DNA of 64,000 nucleotides, taken from positions 4,023 through 68,022 of the forward strand of contig JAAESI010000071.1 in the NCBI GenBank assembly GCA_024229515.1. Direction: 5' to 3'. The position numbers and the translations under genes are program-made. Every line of letters begins with the position of its first letter. Within the stretch, counting starts at the first letter, position 1. Under the pieces are notes generated by a model that had not been told where the DNA came from, searched no databases, and saw only the letters and a list, made by a program, of their open reading frames with translations. Source of the stretch: Pseudomonadota bacterium (GTDB lineage Bacteria > Myxococcota_A > UBA796 > UBA9615). This document shows positions 50,660 through 59,832 of the stretch, piece after piece.

Positions 50660-51733
50660 ATGAGGAGGGGAGGAAATTCCATGACTTCGAGCGCCCGGCG
50701 GGCCGTGCTGCTGCTCGCCCTGATCACGGCCGCCACGGCGCAGGCGGGCGACTCCCCGTGGCGGCACTCCGACGTGCCCGCCCGGCACTTCGACAGCTCC
50801 CACGACTGGTGGAAGGACCGCTCCAGCCGGGCGGCCCTGGCGCCGATGGTGATCGAGTCGGAGTCGGTTCAGTACCGCTACGCCGGGGCGATGGACACCG
50901 TCACCGTGACTCACGAGACCGTCTACCGAATCCGGGACGCAGCGGCCGCTCCGCGCGCGCTCTGGCTGGGCTCGGTCGGCTCCGAAGGGCTGGATGCGGT
51001 GCTCGACTTCGAGGCCCGCCTGGTGGAACCCGCGGGGACCGAGGAGGTGGGCCGCGAGCGCCTCATCGTGCGTGGAGTCGAAGATGGGGAGCGCTACCTC
51101 GCGGGGCGTCGCGCCGTGTTGCTCACGCCCCCGGGCGGTCGCACCGGGCGTCTCGCCGTGAGGAGCGTGATCCGAAACTCCGTGCTCGGTGGCGTCCCGG
51201 GCTTCATCGCCGGCTCCTACCAGCCCCACACGAGCGTGCCTACGAGCCGGTGCACGGTCGAGATCGTCGTGCCGGTGGTGGAGGAACTGCGCCTGGAACA
51301 GCGCCCCTTCGAGCTCCCCGTGGAGGAGTCCACGACCGAGGAACTCCGCACCCTCCAGGTCGAGTTCCGAGACCTCGCGCCGGTGCGCCTGGACTCCGCG
51401 ACCGCTCCCCCGGTCGGCTCGCTCCCGACGCTGTTCTGGTCGAACAGCCCGAGCTGGAGTCACCTGGGGGAGGCCCTGTCGGAGCTGTGGGAGTCTCACG
51501 TCGCCCCCACCCCTGCGATCGAGGCCTGGCTCGCGGGGCGCGCAACCTCTGACGGGACCGCCGCCGAGCGCGCCCTGGAGGTGCACGATCTGGTCGCCGC
51601 GGGGTGGGACTACCTGGGCTTCTACCCCGACGAGTCGGGCTGGATCCCTCACGCCGCGGAGGTCTGCCTGGGGGCCCGGCCTCGTGCTGCGTCGCGAGCA
51701 TGTCCGGCCGCCGCCCGACGAGCCGCTTCGTGA
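50660..51733 (+). CDS. Secreted hypothetical protein, N-terminal segment (possibly the 5' part of a frameshifted gene)
   Basis: Signal peptide MTSSARRAVLLLALITAATAQA. The last 20 or so codons have a junk-like composition. Confidence 0.5.
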   Translation: MRRGGNSMTSSARRAVLLLALITAATAQAGDSPWRHSDVPARHFDSSHDWWKDRSSRAALAPMVIESESVQYRYAGAMDTVTVTHETVYRIRDAAAAPRALWLGSVGSEGLDAVLDFEARLVEPAGTEEVGRERLIVRGVEDGERYLAGRRAVLLTPPGGRTGRLAVRSVIRNSVLGGVPGFIAGSYQPHTSVPTSRCTVEIVVPVVEELRLEQRPFELPVEESTTEELRTLQVEFRDLAPVRLDSATAPPVGSLPTLFWSNSPSWSHLGEALSELWESHVAPTPAIEAWLAGRATSDGTAAERALEVHDLVAAGWDYLGFYPDESGWIPHAAEVCLGARPRAASRACPAAARRAAS

Positions 51734-52985
51734 CTCGACGCGCCGCTCGCTGTTCGTCTCGACAGACCCAGACCCCCTGGCCGCGGGTCGCATCCTCCAG
51801 GCCGGTCTCGAGGAGCACCGCGCAGCCTGGCGGTCGACGGTCCCGACGTACGTCAGAACCGCCCGAAAGCGCCACCCCGAGATCAAGGACCCGACCGAGC
51901 GGCTGGCCCGCTACCTCGCCGGACTGCCCAACCTGGAGTGGGGGGACTTCTGGCGCATGGGCTTGGATTGGGGAGAGCCGAGCGACGCCGAGGAGCGGCT
52001 GCTGCTGCCCCTGGAGCGGTGGGTGCTCGCTTGCGTGCTCTTCGAGGAGGTCGGCGGAGTTCCCCTGATGCTGTCGTGGGACCTCGGGGCGCCGCCGTCG
52101 GCCGCGGGGTTTGCTCCGTTCGACGCCGTCGGGGTGCTCGTCCCGGGCCTGGGGCTCGTGCTCGACGATGGCTTCGTGCCGGCGCCCGAGGGGACGTCCG
52201 CGCGACTGGCCGGGGTGCAGACCGTGCAGATGACGGCTGATTCGGTCGAGTTGGTGCCGCTGGCGTCGGACGCGGCGCACGCGATGGTCCACTGGGTCGG
52301 CGTTGTGTCTTCTCTTCAGAAGCGATCGGTGCACATGAACCTGACGGTCGCGTTCCAGGGCGACCGGGCGATCGAGCTTCGACGTTCGTGGGACTCCTGG
52401 CTCGAATCGCGGAACGCGGTGGCGCCGGGCAATCGCGTGAGCCTCGAGACCTGGGAAGCACGGTTTGTGGGCCGCGTCATCGAGCGCGCTCCGCGGAAGG
52501 GAAGCGTCACGGTGGAAGATGACCGCCGCGACTTCGTCCAGCTGTGGGCGTCCGTGGCGGCGGGCGAGTCGCTCGCGATCGAAGGGGAGACCGCGCTCAT
52601 GGAGATTCCGCTGCGGGTCGAACATGAGCTGGTCAGCCTGACGCCAGTCCGGCGGAGGAAGACTCCGTTGAGACTCGATCTGATCGACGAGCGGTGGAAC
52701 CGCACGTTCCTGGCTCCCGACGGCTACACCCTCGGTGCGATCCCCGACAGCGAGACCCACGCGGCCGGACCGATCAACGTGTCGGTGGTCTGGGAGGGGG
52801 TCGGCCGGGGTGCGCGCCTGACCTACCAGCTGCAGGTCAACGAGCAGATCGTCGACCCCGTGCACGCCAAAGACGTGCAGGAAGCAGCCCGGATCCTTCA
52901 GGAGCTGGACCGAACCAAGCTGGTGTTCGTGCGCTCTCCCGAGCCCGAGCCCGAGCCCGAGGAAGAGGACGAAGTGCTCCCCTGA
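51687..52985 (+). CDS. Hypothetical protein, C-terminal segment in the +1 frame (possibly continuous with 50660..51733)
   Basis: The frame becomes protein-like only from about 51680. It ends in the acidic tail PEPEPEPEEEDEVLP. Confidence 0.45.
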   Translation: MRREHVRPPPDEPLRDSTRRSLFVSTDPDPLAAGRILQAGLEEHRAAWRSTVPTYVRTARKRHPEIKDPTERLARYLAGLPNLEWGDFWRMGLDWGEPSDAEERLLLPLERWVLACVLFEEVGGVPLMLSWDLGAPPSAAGFAPFDAVGVLVPGLGLVLDDGFVPAPEGTSARLAGVQTVQMTADSVELVPLASDAAHAMVHWVGVVSSLQKRSVHMNLTVAFQGDRAIELRRSWDSWLESRNAVAPGNRVSLETWEARFVGRVIERAPRKGSVTVEDDRRDFVQLWASVAAGESLAIEGETALMEIPLRVEHELVSLTPVRRRKTPLRLDLIDERWNRTFLAPDGYTLGAIPDSETHAAGPINVSVVWEGVGRGARLTYQLQVNEQIVDPVHAKDVQEAARILQELDRTKLVFVRSPEPEPEPEEEDEVLP

Positions 52986-54187
52986 GCCTTCCAGTAGTCC
53001 ACCCCCGCGGTGGCCGCGAACACCAGCACGGGGAGCAGCGGCTGGCGGATCCGGGTGAAGCCGACGCTCAGCAGCACCGGCACCGTCCACAGCGCGATCG
53101 CGATCCAGGCGGCGCGGCCCTCGCGGGTCCGCAGGCCGACCAGGGCGAGGGCGAGCAATCCGAAGTGTGACGCGGTGACCAGGGCTTCCAGGCCCGCCGG
53201 GACCCCGCGGTCGATGAGCTCGAAGTGGCGAACGGCGAAAGCGTCCACCTGCCACGTGGCCCCCACTCGGAGCAGGGCCCGCCCGGCCGCTGCGCCCGGA
53301 TCGGATGCAACCGTGGCGGCGGCGACGTCCTTGCACCAGCGGGCCTCGCAGCGCAGCTCTGCGAGGGGGTCGCGGTGGCGGCAGGCGCTGGCTCGCAGCG
53401 CCTCGAACGACTCACGCTCGGCGAGGCTTCCCCACAGGGACGAGGCATCCGCCCGGATCAGCTCGTGGTTTCCCAGCGCGACGTTGCAGGGGCCGGAGGT
53501 GTCCATCGGCGTGAACGTCTGGAGCAATAGCGAGAGCCCGAGCATCCACGGGATCCAGAGTGCGGCGGCCGGCACCGCCACCCGCCACCCTCGGCGCGGC
53601 CCCGGCCACGCCAGGAGCGCCGGCAGGAGCGCCAGCGAAGGAGCAGCGAAGAAGGGGAGGGGAGCGAAGGTGAGGCCCAGGGCCCACTGCCGTGAGCGAT
53701 CGTCGGGGTCGTCCGCCAGGCGCAGCGCACACAGGAGCACCAGCGCGACGAGCCCGGTGGCGAACGCCGTCGGCCACAGGGTCAGCCGGAAGAACAGGGC
53801 TGATGGATGCAGCCAGACGGCCAGCGCGCCGACCAGGGCCCAGGTCTCCGGCACCCGGCGTCGAAGCGCGTGGAACACCACCAGCCCGGTGAGCAGCCCG
53901 GCGAGCAGCTGGAGCAGTCGAAGGGGGCCCGGGAGCGTGCCGGAGAGCCATTGGATCAGTCCGGCTACGGCGCCGTAGCCCGGGTTGTGGACCGCGATGC
54001 GGCCGACGTCCGCGGGGATCGGGGTGGGGAAGCCGTCGCCGGCCCAGGCGGTGAAGCCGTCGGCGGCAGCCTGGTAGCCGACCTCGTCGTACCGCAGGGG
54101 CGGGGTGCCCCAGGCCTGGAACAGCACGACCTGGACCACGGCGACTGCGACGAATGCCCCCACCAGCGGCGGCCACGAGCGGTTCAC
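52898..54187 (-). CDS. GT-C-fold glycosyltransferase-like membrane protein (GT39/GT83 PMT/ArnT-like)
   Basis: Periplasmic loop-1 acidic motif RYDEVGY, about 10 TM helices, and a soluble region with 5 Cys. The GTG start immediately follows the upstream TGA. Confidence 0.75.
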   Translation of the reverse strand: MNRSWPPLVGAFVAVAVVQVVLFQAWGTPPLRYDEVGYQAAADGFTAWAGDGFPTPIPADVGRIAVHNPGYGAVAGLIQWLSGTLPGPLRLLQLLAGLLTGLVVFHALRRRVPETWALVGALAVWLHPSALFFRLTLWPTAFATGLVALVLLCALRLADDPDDRSRQWALGLTFAPLPFFAAPSLALLPALLAWPGPRRGWRVAVPAAALWIPWMLGLSLLLQTFTPMDTSGPCNVALGNHELIRADASSLWGSLAERESFEALRASACRHRDPLAELRCEARWCKDVAAATVASDPGAAAGRALLRVGATWQVDAFAVRHFELIDRGVPAGLEALVTASHFGLLALALVGLRTREGRAAWIAIALWTVPVLLSVGFTRIRQPLLPVLVFAATAGVDYWKAQGSTSSSSSGSGSGSGERTNTSLVRSSS

Positions 54188-54451
54188 TCAGCCTCCCGGG
54201 CGGCACCCGTCGTCGGTGCAGTAGGTGGTCACCTCGACCTCCAGCGGCGGGTCCCCGGCGAGCTCGGGCGGGCACTCCTCGGGCTCGCCCCAGGTGCCGG
54301 CGTCGCAGTGCTGGATCGTCGAGTCATCGACGCAGTGGAGCGTGTTGGTGTCGCAGGCCCCCTCGAGCACGCTGCCGTCGGGGTCTTCGGGCCCCTCGTC
54401 GCAGGCGCCGAGGAGCATCAGCAGGCCCGCGAGGGCGGCGAGGCGCCTCAT
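54188..54451 (-). CDS. Small cysteine-rich lipoprotein (87 aa)
   Basis: MRRLAALAGLLMLLGAC lipobox, then 7 further Cys. The start overlaps the fmdB stop as ATGA. The stop abuts the GT-C gene start. Confidence 0.55.
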   Translation of the reverse strand: MRRLAALAGLLMLLGACDEGPEDPDGSVLEGACDTNTLHCVDDSTIQHCDAGTWGEPEECPPELAGDPPLEVEVTTYCTDDGCRPGG

Positions 54452-54882
54452 GAGTCGGGCTTCGTGAGCTTGGCCGGTGCCTTGGCGGTGTCGGGGCCGC
54501 CGCCGGTCTTGGCCCAGCTGTCCTTGCCGTCCTTGCGGTAGACGGTGACGCCCTTGTCCCGGAGCTTGTCCAGGTCCCGCTCGGTGAGCTCGCCCCCGAG
54601 GTGGCGCAGCGCCTTCTGCCGCAGCGCCTCCCGCTTGACGTCGCCGAAGGACGGGAGGGTGCCGCCGGCGGCCGCGGCGGCGAGATCCTCGCGCTGTTTG
54701 CGGCCGCGGTTGGAGGTGGCGACGTTGGCGGCCGCCATGACCACCTGGACGGTGCCCTGGCCGAAGGCTCCAGCGTCCCGGCGCTGGCAGTCGAGCCCGC
54801 AGGACGACTTCGTCTTGCCTACGCCGTGCAGGATCTCCAGTTGAGCCCCGCAGGTCGTGCACTCGTAGTTGTACAGCGGCAT
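54448..54882 (-). CDS. FmdB family zinc-ribbon protein
   Basis: MPLYNYECTTCG...C..C N-terminus typical of the FmdB/CxxC_CxxC_SSSS family. Confidence 0.7.
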   Translation of the reverse strand: MPLYNYECTTCGAQLEILHGVGKTKSSCGLDCQRRDAGAFGQGTVQVVMAAANVATSNRGRKQREDLAAAAAGGTLPSFGDVKREALRQKALRHLGGELTERDLDKLRDKGVTVYRKDGKDSWAKTGGGPDTAKAPAKLTKPDS

Positions 54883-54886
54883 GCGC

Positions 54887-57754
54887 TCAGCACAGTAGCG
54901 CGGCGAGATCGTCATCGGTCAGGCGCAACGCCGCGTCCGCGCCCTCCAGCACGGCGTCCGCCATCGCCTGCTTGCGGGCCTGCAGGGCGAGCACCCGCTC
55001 CTCCACGCTGTCGGCGGTCACCAACTTCCACACGAACACCGGCTTGTCCTGCCCGATGCGGTGGGCGCGGTCGACGGCCTGCTGTTCCGCGGCGGGATTC
55101 CACCAGGGATCCAGGAGGAAGACGTGGTCGGCGGCGGTCAGGTTCAGCCCGGTACCGCCGGCCTTGAGAGAGACGAGGAACACGGGGGGCCCGTCGGCGG
55201 CCTGGAACTGGTCGACCACGGCGCCGCGGTCGCGGGTCGACCCGTCCAACCGGACCCAGTCCAGGGACGCGCCCTGCAGCCTCGGCTCCACGCGATCGAG
55301 CAGGGAGGTCCACTGGCTGAACACCAGCGCCCGCCCCCCTTCGTCCGCGACCGTCTCCAGCGCGTCCATCAGCACATCCAACTTGCCGGAGGGGGCCTCG
55401 GGGCCGTCGGGGAGCAGCGCCGCGTCGCAGGCGGCCTGGCGCAATCGGGTCAGCGCGGCGAGCACCTGCATGCGCTCCGTCAGCCCCTGGGCGCCGGTAC
55501 GTACCTGCTCGTAGGCGGCCCGCTGGGGCTCGGACATCGCGCACCGCAGCACGGTCTCGGTGCGCGGGGGGAGGTCCTTGGCGACCTCGGACTTGAGCCG
55601 GCGGAGCACGAACGGACGGACCCGCGCGCGCAGGGCGGCGAAGGCGGCGGGCGAGCCCGTGCCGAAGCGTTCGTCGAAGCGCTTCCGGGTGCCGAAGAAG
55701 CCCGGGTTGAGGAACTCGAACAGCGACCACAGCTCGCGCAGGTGGTTCTCGATCGGGGTGCCCGTCAGCGCCAGCCGCCGCTCGGCGTTGAGGCGTCGGG
55801 CTGCCTTGGCCGTCTGGGAGTCGGCGTTCTTGATCGCCTGGGCTTCGTCCAGGACGACGGTGCGCCAGCGGACCTTGGCCAGCCGATCACCGTCCAGCCG
55901 CATGAGCGCGTACGAGGTGATGACCACGTCCTGCTTGCCCAGGTCGATGTTCGCTCGGCCCTTGCCGTGCAGCACCGCGACGGCGAGGTCGGGGGCGAAC
56001 CGGGCGGTCTCGGACTCCCAGTTGCGGAGCACGGACGTGGGCGCCACCACCAACGAGGGGCCGTGGCCGCGATCGGCCAGCAGGCTGGCGATGGTCTGCA
56101 CCGTCTTGCCCAGCCCCATGTCGTCGGCGAGCACGCCCCCGAGCCCTTGCGCGGCGAGGAACTGGAGCCACCGGTAGCCGTCCTGCTGGTAGGGGCGGAG
56201 CTCGGCCTCGAGCGCTTCGGGGGGATCGAGATCGGGCACGCCGTCGCGCAAGGCGTCGACGAGGTCACGAAGATCGGGGGGCGGCTCCGCTCCGACCGAC
56301 TCGAGCAGTTGCGCCGCGGCCGGCGCGAGGTGGCGGCCCGAGCCGCTGCTGGCGAACGCGAGCAGGCTGCCGTGCTCGTCCAGCCAGTCGCCGGGGAGCC
56401 GGGCCCAGCCCTCGCCTTGCAGTGCGACGACGCCGCTGCCGGAGTGGTAGGCCTCGAGCACCCGGTCGGCGCCGACCGCCGCGCCGCCGGACCGGAAGCT
56501 GACGTGAAGCCCCTTCTCGCCCCAGGAGACGACCGGCTCGAGGGTCTTGCGCTTGAGCTTGAACCGCTTCGCTGCGTCCTTGCCGGCGACGTGCCCCTTG
56601 AACGCGGGGAGCTTGTTCTGCACGAACCGGACGGCCCGCTCGCCTTCGAGGCGGACCCGCTGTCCGGGGCGGAGGCCCAGTTGGGCGTCGAGGCGGGTGA
56701 TGGCGTCGCGTTCGGCTCGGCGGTTGCGCACGGGCAGGCGGGTCATGCCGCCGAGCGGGAAGATCTCCTGCCCGATGACCTCCGCCACGGCGGGGTCGCC
56801 GTAGACGACGCGAACGGAGGCCTCCAGCACGGGGCCGCGGGCGATCAACGACAGCTCCGTGCGCAGCCCCCCGGCCTGGACCTCGGGGAGCCCATCGGAG
56901 CGAATCACGGTGATCGCCTTGGCCAGCGCGGGGAGCCACTCGGCGGTCAGTCGGGGCACCTCGTCGTCGCGGAACAGCAGCGGCACGCGGAGCTTGTGCT
57001 GCTGCAACTGGGTGAGCTTGCCGAAGCCGCGGGGGCGGAGGATGCCCTCGGACAGCAGGAGCACGGGGTCGCCCTTGAAGGTGGCGTCGACGCCGTCGGG
57101 ATCGGTGAGGGAGAGGCGCCAGCCGGCGCCCGTCGGTTCGGCCCGCGCGACGACATCCAGCGGGATCTGGCTGACGGTGATCGGGTCCCCGTTGAGCCGC
57201 ACCTCGTCGGCTTCCAGGAGGGACGCCAGGAGCAGCTTGTGGCTGCGTCCGGGGATGCGATCGCCGGCCCAGTCGCCGCTCAGCTTCATCAGGTGGCGCG
57301 TCATCGTGCCGATGGTCAGCTCGCCGATGGCGGCGCCGAGCTCCAGCATCTGCTCGCCGCGGGCCGCCGCCACGTCCAGGTGGATGCCGTGGGGACCTGC
57401 CTTCAGGAGCATCACGAGCCGCGCCGGCGCGGCGGCCGCGGCGAGCGATTCGGTGCCGTCGGCGAGGGCGAGGGTGGCGGCCCAGGCGTGCGCGCAGCCG
57501 TCGGTGGGGGCCTCGCAGTCGCACTCCCACTCGGCGTCCCCGGGCCACAGTTCGACGTCGAAGCGGCCCGATCCGAGGGTCACCGCGAACGACCACCCGT
57601 CGAGGTTGGTGTCACGTCCCGCGAGGGCGACCCGTCCCGCCTCGTGCGCGCGCTCGCCCACCCGCCGCGCGGGCGCGGGGGTCACACTGCGGAGCGCTCG
57701 GCGGAGTGCGTCGGACATCGGCTGCGTAGTAGTTGCGGGGGACGTGACCGTCAA
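54887..57754 (-). CDS. SNF2 family helicase with an N-terminal SWIM zinc finger
   Basis: SWIM motif WECDCEAPTDGCAH, SNF2 motifs DDMGLGKTVQ and DEAQAIKN, and a C-terminal helicase domain. The start could be the Met at 57754 or at 57718. Confidence 0.9.
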   Translation of the reverse strand: MTVTSPATTTQPMSDALRRALRSVTPAPARRVGERAHEAGRVALAGRDTNLDGWSFAVTLGSGRFDVELWPGDAEWECDCEAPTDGCAHAWAATLALADGTESLAAAAAPARLVMLLKAGPHGIHLDVAAARGEQMLELGAAIGELTIGTMTRHLMKLSGDWAGDRIPGRSHKLLLASLLEADEVRLNGDPITVSQIPLDVVARAEPTGAGWRLSLTDPDGVDATFKGDPVLLLSEGILRPRGFGKLTQLQQHKLRVPLLFRDDEVPRLTAEWLPALAKAITVIRSDGLPEVQAGGLRTELSLIARGPVLEASVRVVYGDPAVAEVIGQEIFPLGGMTRLPVRNRRAERDAITRLDAQLGLRPGQRVRLEGERAVRFVQNKLPAFKGHVAGKDAAKRFKLKRKTLEPVVSWGEKGLHVSFRSGGAAVGADRVLEAYHSGSGVVALQGEGWARLPGDWLDEHGSLLAFASSGSGRHLAPAAAQLLESVGAEPPPDLRDLVDALRDGVPDLDPPEALEAELRPYQQDGYRWLQFLAAQGLGGVLADDMGLGKTVQTIASLLADRGHGPSLVVAPTSVLRNWESETARFAPDLAVAVLHGKGRANIDLGKQDVVITSYALMRLDGDRLAKVRWRTVVLDEAQAIKNADSQTAKAARRLNAERRLALTGTPIENHLRELWSLFEFLNPGFFGTRKRFDERFGTGSPAAFAALRARVRPFVLRRLKSEVAKDLPPRTETVLRCAMSEPQRAAYEQVRTGAQGLTERMQVLAALTRLRQAACDAALLPDGPEAPSGKLDVLMDALETVADEGGRALVFSQWTSLLDRVEPRLQGASLDWVRLDGSTRDRGAVVDQFQAADGPPVFLVSLKAGGTGLNLTAADHVFLLDPWWNPAAEQQAVDRAHRIGQDKPVFVWKLVTADSVEERVLALQARKQAMADAVLEGADAALRLTDDDLAALLC

Positions 57755-57924
57755 GAGTGGGGGCCGTCACGATTTCTTCTCAGGCTCCGCCGCGAATCTC
57801 CGAAGAGGTACGGGCGACCACTTGTGTCGCGGAGGAGCGCCCCATGCCGATCGTGAATTCACACCATCATGCGACAGCCATCCCCTCGAGCGATTCCTAC
57901 AATCGCCGCATGCGACATCTGTTC

Positions 57925-59013
57925 CTGCTCCTGACCGCCTTGATGTTCCTCGTCGGCTGCCCCGACGACGACGACGACTCGACCGTGACGGACGACGACG
58001 ACGCGACGGACGACGACGACGCGACCGACGACGACGACGACGCGACCGACGACGACGACGCGACCGACGACGACGACGCGACGGACGACGATGACGCCAC
58101 CGACGACGACGACTCCGCCATCGGCGACGACGACGACAGCGCCATCGGCGACGACGACGACAGCGCCGGGCCGGATCCCTTCGTGATGAGCGACTTCGTC
58201 GGCTACTGGCAGATCGAAGAGGTCGAGCAGGTCGTCAGCGGAGCCCCCGTGACGGGCACCCGCACCGAGACGACGGTGACGCTCCCCAGCGGCGACATCG
58301 AGCTGTTCATCCGCGGCTTCTTCGAGTTCTTCAGCAGCACGGACTCGGCCGGTCTGTTCGTCTACTCCTTCTCCGCCATCGACGCCGGCACCCCGCTGAA
58401 CTACGTCAGCGCCACCGGCCCCCTGACCTTGGAGGAGCCCGACGCCAAGCTGGTCTTCGACCTCGGCCTGGCGGGCACGTTCGTCTACCTCTACGAGCTG
58501 GACGGCGACGACCTGACGCTGACCTACGACCCCACCGACCCCCGGAACCCGGTCAGCTACGACGGCCCCACGGTCCTCGAGTTGGCCCGCATCCCGATCC
58601 CGTCGAGCCCGGCGGACGGCCAGTGGACCCTCACCACGCTGGTCACGGACCTGGGGCAGCCCTCCGAGGTCACCGTGACCGACGTCTGCTCGCCCAACGG
58701 CCTGGGCGGCTACCACCGCATGGATGGCGCGCTCGACCTCGACGAGCGGGGGAACCTCGAGTTCGTCGTCGACTTCCACACCCACGCCCAGGCCGACTGC
58801 CTGGACGCCCCCTCCACGATCTCCGTGACCGGCCCCGGCCATTGGGACTACGTCGGGTCCAACAGCAGCATCTGGCTGTACGAGTGGGTCAACAACGCCG
58901 GCGCGGGCTTCGAGTTCACCGCCGCCATCGGCGTGACGACGATGACGCTGTCCCTGGTCCAGGCGACCGTGACCACCAGCGGGCTGCCCAGCAGCATCAC
59001 GCTGGAGCTCTAG
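57925..59013 (+). CDS. Lipoprotein with an extended poly-Asp repeat region
   Basis: Lipobox FLVGC, DDDDAT repeated about 6 times and DDDDSAIG twice, then a beta-rich domain. Confidence 0.7.
   Translation: MLLTALMFLVGCPDDDDDSTVTDDDDATDDDDATDDDDDATDDDDATDDDDATDDDDATDDDDSAIGDDDDSAIGDDDDSAGPDPFVMSDFVGYWQIEEVEQVVSGAPVTGTRTETTVTLPSGDIELFIRGFFEFFSSTDSAGLFVYSFSAIDAGTPLNYVSATGPLTLEEPDAKLVFDLGLAGTFVYLYELDGDDLTLTYDPTDPRNPVSYDGPTVLELARIPIPSSPADGQWTLTTLVTDLGQPSEVTVTDVCSPNGLGGYHRMDGALDLDERGNLEFVVDFHTHAQADCLDAPSTISVTGPGHWDYVGSNSSIWLYEWVNNAGAGFEFTAAIGVTTMTLSLVQATVTTSGLPSSITLEL
57961..58165 (+). repeat. In-frame tandem repeats of 18 bp (gcgaccgacgacgacgac) and 27 bp encoding poly-Asp
   Basis: Direct reading of the sequence. 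Confidence 0.85.
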
Positions 59014-59022
59014 CGCTTCGGC

Positions 59023-59832
59023 TCAGTTCGCGGCGAACGTAAGCGTCAGGGTGATCGTGCCCAGCGTCTGATCCGTGGGCCAATCGCAGTCCGGGGGCGA
59101 CCCCGAGACCGTGTCCGACGCGGTGAAGGTGTACGTGCCGCTGCCGTCGTTGACCGCGAAGCCGCCCGATTCCCACTGCCCGGTGTCCTCGTTGCGGGCG
59201 TAGAACTCCCACTGGCTCGTGCTCGTGAAGATCAGCCCGAAGGCTCCCGAGGTGGGCGACGCCTGTCCGATGAGGCTCGCGCAGCTGTCCACGGAGTAGC
59301 TGTTGGGGCCCTCGAAGGTCGCGTCGCACACGGCGCAGGCCGGCACCGTGGTGGGCGCTCCCATCGAGGAGCTGTACGTCGTCTGGCAGTCGTCGACGTC
59401 GACGTCGAACGGCCAGCCGGCCACGTAGCACTCGATCTCGCTGCCATTGAAGACGACGTTGCCGGTGTGGAAGATCGCCGTCGGCTGATCGCAGGGGGCG
59501 ATCAGATCGCAGTCGGGATCCTCGCAGTCGCGCAGGCCGTCGCCGTCGTTGTCGAGGCCGTCGCTGCAGTCCGTCTCCGGCGGGGGCGGGGTGGTGTCGT
59601 CGTCGTCGGAGAGGTCGTCGTCGTCGGTGGCGTCGTCGTCGTCGGAGGCGTCGTCGTCGTCGCTGCTGGCGTCGTCGTCGTCGGAGGCGTCGTCATCGTC
59701 GCCCCCGAAGGCGTCGTCGTCATCGTCCCCGGGCACGAGGTTGACCTCGTCGGTGTTGCCGCCGAACTGAACGTCGTAGCAGCCGGCCATGACGGCGGCG
59801 GCGAGCAACGTCAGCAAGGCGGTGCGGGTCAT
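59023..59832 (-). CDS. Lipoprotein with a poly-Asp linker and a Cys-rich DCxDGxDNDGDGxxDCxDPDC domain
   Basis: Lipobox VMAGC and DDDDAS repeats. It is a paralogue of 59829..60545. Confidence 0.7.
   Translation of the reverse strand: MTRTALLTLLAAAVMAGCYDVQFGGNTDEVNLVPGDDDDDAFGGDDDDASDDDDASSDDDDASDDDDATDDDDLSDDDDTTPPPPETDCSDGLDNDGDGLRDCEDPDCDLIAPCDQPTAIFHTGNVVFNGSEIECYVAGWPFDVDVDDCQTTYSSSMGAPTTVPACAVCDATFEGPNSYSVDSCASLIGQASPTSGAFGLIFTSTSQWEFYARNEDTGQWESGGFAVNDGSGTYTFTASDTVSGSPPDCDWPTDQTLGTITLTLTFAAN
59593..59728 (-). repeat. GAC/GTC-triplet tandem tract encoding poly-Asp
   Basis: gtcgtcgtcgtcgga units in the plus-strand orientation. Confidence 0.8.

Noticed and set aside
51240-53336. 698-aa minus-strand ORF
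   Set aside because: It is antisense to the secreted protein segments at 50660..52985 and is Arg/Gly/Pro-rich junk.
55061-57856. 931-aa plus-strand ORF
   Set aside because: It is antisense to the SNF2/SWIM helicase.
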